The notes beneath the pieces were generated by a model. The model did not search any database. It was not told the origin of the DNA and saw only the letters and a program-made list of their open reading frames with translations. Both the position numbers and the translations under genes were made by a program. Below are positions 10,804-20,769 of a DNA stretch of 35,308 nt, piece after piece. This DNA is from Octopus bimaculoides (lineage: Eukaryota): the NCBI RefSeq assembly GCF_001194135.2, contig NC_068982.1, forward strand, positions 69,970,712-70,006,019, written 5' to 3'. The first letter of the stretch is position 1; each line of letters begins with the position of its first letter.

Positions 10804-12149
10804 CATCGTCATCATTTCATCATTGTCATCATTTAATGTCCACTTTCCATGCTGGTATGGATTAGATGGTTTGACTGGAACTGGTAAGCCAGAGGCCTGC
10901 AACAGGTTCCAGTCTGTTTTGGCACAGTTTCTATGGCTGGATGCTCTTCCTAATGCCAACCACTCCAAGAGCCTAATGGGTGCTTTTTATGTGCCACTAG
11001 CACAAGTGCCATTTACATGACACCGACAACCACCATGACTACAATTTCACAGGTGCCATTTACATGACACTGGCAACAGCCATGACTGCAATTTCACTTG
11101 GCTTAACGAGTCTTCTCAAGCACAGCATATCGCCAAAGGTCTCTGTCACTTGTAATCACCTTCATGAGACTCAACAGTCAAAGATCATGCTTCACTACTT
11201 TGTCCTATGTCTTCTTGGGTCTACCTTTTCCAAAGGTTCCTTCAACAGTTAGAGATCAGCACTTCTTTACACAGCTGACCTCATCCATATGCATCACATG
11301 ACTATACCAGTGCAGTCATCTCTCTTGCACACCACATCTGATGCCTCTTATGCCCAGTTTTTCTCTCAAGACACTTACACTCTGTTGTACATGCACACTG
11401 ACATTGCACATTCAGCGAAACATACAAACTTCATTTCTTTCAAGCCTCATTTCTTTGAAGCCTTCCCATGTCCTCTACAGTCACAGCCCATATTTCCCTG
11501 CCATGGAGCATGACTTCACACACAAGCATCATACAGTGTTTTTCATTTTGAGGGAAATGTCTTTTTTTACCAACAGAGACAGGAGCTCTCTAAACTTTGC
11601 CCAGCCTATTGTTATACTAACAGCTATGTACTTGGAGCATCCACCTATGCTGCTGACTTGGTCACCTAGATTATGGAAGCTATCAACTACTTTTAAGTAT
11701 CCCACTGGCATTTGATGGAATCTATTTTCTGTACATTTCTAGTTTTTATTGTATCTGTACATCTACCATACACGAAGACTATTTTCCCTGTTAACCTTCC
11801 TCTGATATTGTTACACCTCTTATGTGTCCATAGCTTGCATTGGATACATCTTATGGAATGTCTACCTATGCTTTTTCTACATATTGAATAGGGCCATCTA
11901 CTTGAAGGAATTTGTGACTTGTCTACCTTCCTACTTACTAAGACTTTGGTTTTTGCTAAATTACCTCTACAGCCCTTTGATTCTAGACCTTCCTTCCACA
12001 CCTGAAACTTCTTCTCTAGTTCTGGTAGTGATTCAGCTATAAGAACAAGGTCATCAACACAGAGGAGCTCCCTGAGACAGCTTGACTTAAATTCCTCTGT
12101 TACTGCCTGGAGGACTATGTTGAACAATAGGAGGCTAAGTTTAGCAACT
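10804..12149 (-). mobile_element. 5'-truncated RTE-clade LINE (pseudogenized ORF2 C-terminal half, 3' UTR, (GAT)n tail)
   Basis: Minus-strand peptides LSLLLFNIVLQAVTEEF..ELLCVDDLVLIAES (RT YADD motif decayed), NLAKTKVLV, a Cys/His cluster, and VVDSFHNLGDQVS..IGWAKFRELL. Tail atc repeats on + at 10804-10832; frameshifts and stops. Confidence 0.9.
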
Positions 12150-12358
12150 GGCAAGTTGGCTGAGTTGTTAGCACATTGGACAAATACTTAGCAGCATTTA
12201 CCCTCGGACTTTACATTTTTGAGTTTAAATACCACTGAGGTCAATTTTTGCCTTTCATCCTTTCAGGGTCAATGAAATAAGTACCAGTTGCACACTGGGG
12301 TTGATGTAATTGACTTGCCCCCTCCCACCAAAATTTCAGGCCTTGTGCTTATAGCAGA
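12150..12358 (+). mobile_element. SINE family A, full length, abutting the LINE 5' truncation point head to head
   Basis: Head ggcaagttggctgagttgttagc (A-box-like); body matches 673-876. Confidence 0.75.
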
Positions 12359-13069
12359 AATACTTATTATATCAATCATTAACACCACCAGTATATAAAG
12401 ACAACATGAAAACAGAAAAATTCAGTATACTGATGATTTAGCAAATTGGTGATGCCTGTTTACATTGATAAGTGAACAGGGCTTTGAGTGTTTAAGTGGC
12501 TTAGTCATCAGTTGTTGTACTGACAATACAAACTATCAGCTCTTTGGTTTAGTATATAAACACATGTGTTTAGCTGAAACCTCTGCACATGTGTGTATGT
12601 GTGTTGTGGCGGGGGGTGGGGTAAAGTAGATACAGCTCTAACTATATCATCAGTTGTTCAGAAATACAGAACTAGGTTATCACTTGTTTTTTTCTTTTTG
12701 GTTAGAAGGGAGGGGATTGCTTGTGACCCTTTACAGGGCCTACAAGACTAGTAGGAGAGAAGGGAGAAAGTTTTCCTGAAACTGGAGACCAGGACCAAAT
12801 TCTTACAACAAAGAGAACTTTTGTGCTCAAGGTGTCCAGAGACCAGGTGGTAGTGCTAAACCCGGTGACAGATTAAATTTATATATACTACAGACTTCCA
12901 CACAGTTTCCATCAACAAAATTCATTCACAAGGCATTGGTTGCCTCAGGGTTTTAGTAGAAGACACATGCCCAAGATATACAGTGGGATTGAACATGAAC
13001 CACATGCCTGCACTTAAATTTTTACTTGCTATTTTGTTTTTGACATTGTACCTGCCTTATGATGGTTAT

Positions 13070-13195
13070 GGTGATGGGCTGACAATTATCAGATTGTGGG
13101 TTCAATTCCTGGACAAGGCAACATGCTGTGTCCTTAAACAAGGCACTTCTTTTCACATTGTTCCAGTCTGTTCAACTGTAAATGAGTACTAACTG
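13070..13195 (+). mobile_element. Third tRNA-type SINE family (family D)
   Basis: gggttcaattcctgga (B-box-like) then tgtgtccttaaacaaggcact. Inverted copy at about 20070-20260 (ccagtccaggaattgaacc). Confidence 0.55.
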
Positions 13196-13334
13196 TATGC
13201 TAGTGATGCCCTACATCTGTTCCTCTAGCTGCATGCAAGTGATGCCTTTTGTCAGTCCCTCTAGTTGTGCTAGTGATGCTCTTTGTCTGTCCTTCTAGCT
13301 GTGTTCTAGTGATGGCTTTTGTCCCCCTAACTGT
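13196..13334. repeat. Degenerate ~35-bp minisatellite, 4 units
   Basis: Units approximate tgctagtgatgccttttgtctgtccctctagctg, contiguous with no spacers. Confidence 0.75.
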
Positions 13335-13624
13335 CACATCGTCAATGTTCTGCTGAATCAAGTAGGTGGGAATGAGCAAGTGAGTGTCCATTTCTGCTCA
13401 TGACTACATAGACACCTAAAATAACCAGTCAGTGTATGATTCATACTGCTAAGTCATACTCACTCGCAAGTAATAGCTATGGTCCCGCAACAGATCTGTG
13501 TGGATAATTAGTTTTGATAAATGCTTTGAGAAAGAAAACAATTACTTTTATTTATCTATTTATATCTGTAATAAATTAATTTAGGTAGTTGTAAACAAGC
13601 ACCATTCTAATTATTGATAATATT

Positions 13625-13655
<31 letters not shown>

Positions 13656-14814
13656 TAAAATACCTGTTTTGGGGGCACCATCTGTCACAAATTCATATAA
13701 TGAAATTCATAATATGTTGACATAATAAATATTTACTCTACTAAACTTACACATACCTTTTATTCAGGTAGGTAATCAGACAGGCTCATTCATTCACTCA
13801 TGCAAAGTGAACATTAAATGATGATATATATATATAAGCACAAGACACCTGACCAAAGTACCATACAATGGGATTGAATCCAAAATGGTTGCAAAGCATG
13901 TTTCTTACCACACAGCCATACCTGTGCCTATGCTAGATGTTTTACCTCTTTGAAATGCCAGTGTGAACTTGGAAGAAATTTGTAACTGCCATTGCAGACT
14001 CTTTCTAAAAATTTGCTTTCCAATAACATTTATGCATCAATAGAGATTCACTAGAACCAAGTTCAGAATGCAATCCCAATACTTGGTCTCTTTTATCTTT
14101 CACTCTTTGGAAAGATAACAAGCTATCTCTATATTTATTTCAAAATCAGTTATATTATTACTAGTGATTGTTGGTGTTGTTTAACCCCAGGTCAGCTTTG
14201 AATGAGACTTTTGATGAAAGGCTTCCCAGTCATGGTCATCCCATCTGTTTTTCAGAGTTCCTAGAACTACATTATCCAATGTCTCTTTTGGGTTTTTTTA
14301 GTTTTGTTTTATTTTTCTTGTGATTCTGGGGTATAATCTGATTGTGATTTGGTTGCTCTTTCTAGCAAGTCAAGTGACTACATAGGGACTCCCCAAATGG
14401 TTGGTACATATTTTATGTAGGAATTCAATATAATGTGTTTTTTTTGTTTTCAACTTGTTTTTTTCTTAAGACATTGGGGGTATCATTTGGTTGTGATTTG
14501 GTTGTTTTTTCTAGTAGTTCAGGTTACCACATGGGGCTCTCAAACTGTTTGGTACATATTTTGTGGCAGAATGAAATATAAAAATTATTTCTAGCCAAAT
14601 ATAAATTAAAGAAAATGGATCATTGAGTTAAAAAAGTGTTACTCCCATCTATTTAGCTGAGAATGATCACCAGCCTAGTTCTGGTACAGCCCTTCCTCTC
14701 TAGTTGTTGCCTCCTCAACATTCCAACAGGGTCATGGGGTGGAAAGGCTGAGAGGATGATTATGTCTGCTCATGATTGCATAAATACCTTCAATTACACA
14801 AGCACCTTAAACAT

Positions 14815-15168
14815 CATCATCATTTAACATCCATTTTCCATATGGGCATGGGTTGGATTGTTTGACAGGAGCTGGCAAGGCCAGAGCCTGCAACAGGTTC
14901 CATAGTCTGTTTTGGCTTGGTTTCTACAGTTGGATGCCCTTCCTAACGTGAACCATTTTACAGAGTGTACTGGTTGCTTTTTACGTGGCACCATCACCAG
15001 TGCTTTTTACATGGCACCATCACTAGTGCTTTTAACATGACATCAGCATCATTACTTTTTATGTGGCATCAGTGCTTTTTACATGGTACCATCACCAGTG
15101 CTTTTAATGTAGCACCAGCACCATTGCTTTTCATTTGGCATTAGTGCCAGTGCTTTTTACATAGCACC
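14815..15168 (-). mobile_element. RTE-3'-tail element with an internal ~20-26 bp tandem array (about 14975-15168)
   Basis: catcatcatttaacatcc..gcatgggttgg start; repeated gtgctttttac(a/g)tggcacc..cacca units. Confidence 0.75.
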
Positions 15169-16016
15169 CTAGTTTTAGGATATCAGTTCTGTTGTGGGCA
15201 GATGTTAATGAAAAACTGTTACATGCTTTCACATCATACTCACTTTCAAGTGATGGCTCTGATCACTTCATAATGAACTGTGTGTTTAAATTTCTAAATT
15301 CATATTGTATTGGGGGCAAAATAGATCCAGCTGATTTCAAACTTGGCTAGACAGTCATCTACATTGTTTTTGTTTTTTTAAATATTTGCTTTTATCCATT
15401 ATTGTTTGTAAAATAGATTATTGTGTTTGAAGATACCCAAAATACATGAGCTTTGTATTTTGTTGCATATATCTCAATCAGTTAATTCTGTAGAAAATGT
15501 GAATGCTTATTCAAAGCAGATTTAGTTAGTGAGAAAACAAATAATAATAAAAACAACAATAATGAATTAACATCTACTTTTCCATGCTTGCATGGTCCAG
15601 GCAGCATGTGTTGAGGCAGATTTTCTACACCTTGATGCCCTTCCTTAGTCAACTCTCACTCATTCCCAAACAAGATATTTCACCCTAGAAGACAGGAAAT
15701 GAACAACAAACACTCACATACATATACAACAGGCTTCTTTCGATTTCTGTCTCCTAAATCCATTCACAAGGCTTTGATAGGTCTGGAGCCAAAGTATAAG
15801 ACATTTGCCTAAGGTGCCATACAGAGGGAATGAGCCCAAAGTCACATAGTTGGGAAGTAAGCTTTTTAACCACACAGCCATGCCTGCAGTTATTTGTTAT
15901 CATTTTAGCATTAAATTTTTTATTTTTTATTCTTTATTGTTATGGAGAGAAATTGATGGTGGATAAGTCTGTGAGTGACTCTTATCAGTTTTTTTTACCA
16001 ATATTTTCTTTTCCAG

Positions 16017-16151
16017 ACTTGGGCAGATGCCTTCCATGGTTCAGCAGAGCTGAAAGAGGTGGAGAAAGTGTACCAGGACTTGAAAGGAAAAGGCATTGAA
16101 TTTCCTATGACTGATTTAGATAAATTGGCACCTATTCATACACCTGCCAGA
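16017..16151 (+). CDS. TOM1: TOM1/TOM1L2-like exon, end of VHS: [45 protein letters not shown]
   Basis: ttttccag acceptor; aga|gtaagt donor; 135 nt, phase 0/0. WADAF, [11 protein letters not shown] and PIHTP motifs are typical of TOM1/TOM1L2. Confidence 0.96.
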
Positions 16152-18269
16152 GTAAGTTGCAAACAATTCTGTCACTGCTCACCCCAACCATTTTGACATC
16201 CTTTTCAACATAGTTTTAAATGCAACTTTATTGGGTTTTTATTTATTTATTTTTTTTTTGTTTTTGTTGTTATTTCAGATTTCTTGCAGGTTACAATTTA
16301 TTATTTCTTTACCCATTACACTTAACTCTCTTACTAATTCTTTTGTAACAGAAATAGTCGACAGCTTCATTATACATTCAACAAGGCCAGTCCCCTTGAT
16401 AACATATGAAAAAAAGATTATATTAATGAAAATAAAAATTTTAAATATTTGTAATATTTTGTAATATCTGAAATGATATGAAACCTTTTGAGATATTTCA
16501 ATCTTCTATTTTGATGATATCATACCTGTCACAGCCTTTTGCCTATTCATTCAGGTTCATTAACGCTTCTTCATGCTTACCGATATTATACAATACAAAA
16601 AACACTGTGTATATGTGCATGTGTTATATTCAACAACTAGCAGCTATACTATTATATCTATAATTGTAGTCATAAATTATATTTTCATCATGGTCTTTCT
16701 TCTGATTAGTGTTTGATGCCATAGCACCAACCTCTTCATCACAATGCACACAATTAAAATATCTCAATACAGGTACAGATTTGGAAGGGTTTAATCATTA
16801 CATATCGATCATATCTATTATGAAATAATTATGTTTTGTTCTGGCTGCTAAACCCAGTTATTTTCTGTTGCTTTGTGTGTTTCTGTATACTGACCCACTA
16901 CTCTTCATTTACAGCAGCATTTTATTATTTACAAGGTTTCAGGCTACAGAATATGAACATGCTTACCATCATTTTCAAGCTAACACTTGTTTTTTTTTAT
17001 CACTCACAGATACAGTTAGATCATTTTCTTAACGTTAAATTCAGAATAGCTTTCAAGAGCAGAAAGAGTTACAACAGAAGTGATAATAATTAAAAGATAT
17101 GTTAGATTCATCAAACAGATGATGAATTCAGTTTTTAGTATTTTTTATATTGGGACAGTATTATTATCCACACACTTAGAATTATGTATATATATTAGAT
17201 AGATAGATAATATTTATATTTTGGCCAAGTCAGTCTCTTGTTACTCTAGAGTTTCATCTGTGCATTCACAGGGTACCAGGCAAGTTGCTAGGAAAGGCAT
17301 CCTGTCATAGAAGCCATGACAAAGTAGACATGGAAACATGATGTTGTCCTACAACCTGTTAGATCCAACTCATGTCAGCATTGAAGATGAACATTGAAAG
17401 ATGATGATGATGATGAAGTGTATGTGTGTGTGTGTGTGACTGAAATTAGGATTGCGATTTAGAAGCCCTTAATGATTGAGGATATCAAAAGCACATAAAA
17501 TCCCTCGGCGTCTACAGGAACTCTTACTTTATGATATGATCATTTGCAGGGAAGGGCTTGTTTTTGTTTTAATAACATACAACACAATACATTGAGTTGA
17601 CATTTGATTAATATTGTTTAGCTTAGCTATAAATACATGTTTCACCAACAAATAGATATCTGTTTTTGATCATTACCTGGTACATTCTGATGACTGACAT
17701 CTTGAAAAAATCCAATTGATTAGAGATGGTGTTATCATACCTGTCACAGCCTTTTGCTTATTCATTCAGATTCAATAAGGCTTCTTCATATTTACCAGTA
17801 TTTTATAATAAACATGAGAAAATACTGTATATATACACATTATATTCAGCAACTATAACATTGCACCTACAGATATAGTCATTATTTGTGCTTTCATCAT
17901 GATCTTTCTTCTGATTTGTGTTTGGTGTCAGAGTATCAACCCGTTCTCCATGCAATTGAATTTGTATTGGGCAGGGGTGGTGGGGCAGAGAACAGAAAAT
18001 GATCACTGAGACAATTCATATAACATTTATTTCTCAACCTATCTTAGTCTAAAACTGTAATCTATAGTCTAAATTTCAGCAAAGTCTTTCATAGTGCAAT
18101 TTAATTTCTCAATTTAAAGTAACAATTAATTCTGTCCACTCTGTTGCTTGCCAGTAATTGATACAAATTTCTTTGTTGATGTTTTTTTTTACTTCTTGAG
18201 TTAGCATTGAATTGGCTGAATCTTTAGAGTGCCAGGTATAATAACTTGTAATATTTTTTCTTACACTTT

Positions 18270-18640
18270 GCATCTTAGGATCAAATCATGCTGAGGTCGT
18301 CTTTATTTTTCACCCTTCCAAAGTTGATAAAAAAAGTTCCAATCCAGGGCAGTGGATTGGTGAAACCATAAGAATGTCGAACTGGATGCCTAAAGCCCCT
18401 CAGTTGAGGAGTCTTGTCTTTCAAGTTACTTAGTAGCCTCACTATTGCTGGTGCCTCATAAAAAGCACCCAGTGCTCTTGGTAAAGTGGTTGGCATTAGG
18501 AAGCACATCCAGCTGTGGAAACCATGCCAAAGCAGAGACAGTAGAGCTTGATGCAGTCTTCTGACTTGCCAGCCCCTGTTAAATTGTCCAACCCATGCCA
18601 ATGTGGAAAAGAGGTGTTAAATGATGATGATATGATGATT
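18270..18640. mobile_element. Inverted SINE A (18270-18390, -) followed by an RTE-tail element (18430-18640, +)
   Basis: Reverse complement of the family A core; then ctcactattgctggtgcc..aaagtggttggcattaggaag..acccatgcca..atgatgatga. Confidence 0.65.
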
Positions 18641-19217
18641 GTCCCAGCTCCTTGTATTCTCATTTCAAATCCCATCATGGCCTTCATGAGTGGTAGTCTT
18701 AATCCATCACTCAGTTTAACAGCACCACCTGGTACCTTGGCTACCTTTAGCAGAATCTGCTCTGTTGCTAGAATTGAAGCCATGGCTATGATTTGAGGAT
18801 ATCTTCCTTTTTCCTGAATAAAAGTTTAAAAAAATAAAAAACCAAGCCATTGTAACTAAATCTTAGTCTTCATAATAACTATCAAGTGTTATTGAGTAGA
18901 AGTTCAGGAAAAATTCCCTTTGCTGTTGGTAGACTGATAGTGATGCTAGTTTTCTGTATCATTGATTCAATCTTAGCTGCCTGTTTAGTCATGTGGGGTC
19001 ACTATATTGTAATGTAGAGTAACTTACTGAGTTTCATATGCAAAAACTATATATTTAAAATATATTTTAATTTTGCTGTATAGTAATATTGAAACCTCTA
19101 ACCAGGCACAAGGCAGGTTACCCACCTGCACACATACATACACATTCATATGTGCGTGCACACATACACACACACACACACACACACATTCTTTCTCTCT
19201 CTCTCTCTCTCCCCCCC

Positions 19218-19231
19218 NNNNNNNNNNNNNN
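19218..19231. other. Assembly gap (14 N) in poly-C after (CA)n(CT)n
   Basis: Ns visible in the sequence. Confidence 0.99.
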
Positions 19232-20538
19232 CCCCCCGCATCCCTTTCATTTATCTGAAGGTAGCATGAAGTTTAAAACAGTAATTGCTCAGTTGTTATG
19301 ATTGGCTAAGATCTAGAGTTATTTATAATCCACTTTTACATTACAATTAGACTGAATGTGTTTCAAGCATGTATTTTAAACAAACAAATAAACCTTGACA
19401 CATTTCTGTTTAAAAAAACATTAAGCTGTCTTTGCCCAACATCACTTGCAAATATGTAATATTCATAGACACAGAAAAATAATAGTTGAAAGATTGATTT
19501 TCAGAAAAGAGTTTGTTTGAGATGCATTTTTGGGAGAACTTATAGTTTAAAAATTACTATTTGAAAAAAAAATAATTTTCAAACTAATGTTTCAAAAGTT
19601 TTTGTTTTTTTTATAGATATTTATAAAAGTGTTTGTATTTCAGTTTAAATTTATATGTGTATTTTTTACTAGTTTAATAACTCAAGTATTAAATTTAACT
19701 ACTCACATTTTGAGAGCTCATGATTAACTAATCCATATATATGATGACTTGCCCTTAAGTACAAAAGTACAATTGCAAGCCATTCAGTACAGTAACATGT
19801 TCTGTGTATGAAGAAGATGTCTTCTTTTCTCCCTTTATCTTCCACCCATGGCCTAAACACCTCACATTAGAATTGCACTGTCTTTTATTTTGTTTTGTAG
19901 TAGAAACTGCAAAACATCCTCTAATGAGGACCTGACAGTCAAGTCACCATCTTTAGAAGTAGGGCACTGTCACTACACATCCCAAGGAAACTATATCTTG
20001 TGGAACCTCCATTACATATATGACCATAATCATCAATCTCTTGATGTTACTGTCTTGAGCCTTAGGACTCATAGGACTGACTATCCGGTTCCCGTAGCAT
20101 ATAAGTGATCAAGGTCACAACAATCTTCCTAAATAGGACACCAGTCTGTTGCAGTGGACTGAGACAAAGAGAAATGGAGTGATTTTGCTCAAGAATATAA
20201 TGTACTGCCCAGTCCAGGAATTGAAACCACAATCTAGTAATCATGAGTGCAACACCCTAACCTGCTCACATCTATCAATAGTCTGAGAGCACCCACAATG
20301 GTATTTTGTGCCAAGAGAAGAATATTGTAACAAAGTTGAGATTAAAGTAATAATTTTATTTCTTGCAAAATATTAATTGTTCTTTCAATTAAACTGACTT
20401 TCTTATTCCAGATTGTTGTTGTACTTCTATTTTTAGTACCAAGGCTGATGGCACCTTACATTTTTTTTTCTTTCTCCAACAATATGAACTTGATTTTTTA
20501 TTGTCAGGAATCAATAAATGTTTCTTTTAATCTTTTAA

Positions 20539-20563
20539 GTTGTTGTTGTTACTATTATTATTA

Positions 20564-20619
<56 letters not shown>
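20539..20619. repeat. (GTT)n/(ATT)n trinucleotide microsatellite
   Basis: Directly visible; source of the poly-L and poly-Y ORFs. Confidence 0.97.
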
Positions 20620-20706
20620 TGTCCTTTTTCCACCTCTAACTGATGCCAGGTTTCCTGATATTAGTTTACAAATGTTTCTCCAGTTCTGCTTTTTGTGTTA
20701 TTCCAG

Positions 20707-20769
20707 ACAACTCCTGTATCAGAACAAGCCCCAACCCTTAGCAGAAGTAGAGGAATGTCTACAGAAGCT
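20707..20769 (+). CDS. TOM1: Probable 63-nt linker exon: TTPVSEQAPTLSRSRGMSTEA
   Basis: ttttgtgttattccag acceptor; gct|gtaagt donor; stop-free in phase 0 and joins the flanking phase-0 exons in frame. No homology evidence. Confidence 0.65.

Noticed and set aside
13196-13334. CRISPR-like array
   Set aside because: Units are contiguous and degenerate with no unique spacers, no cas genes, and eukaryotic intron context. The same applies to 14975-15168.
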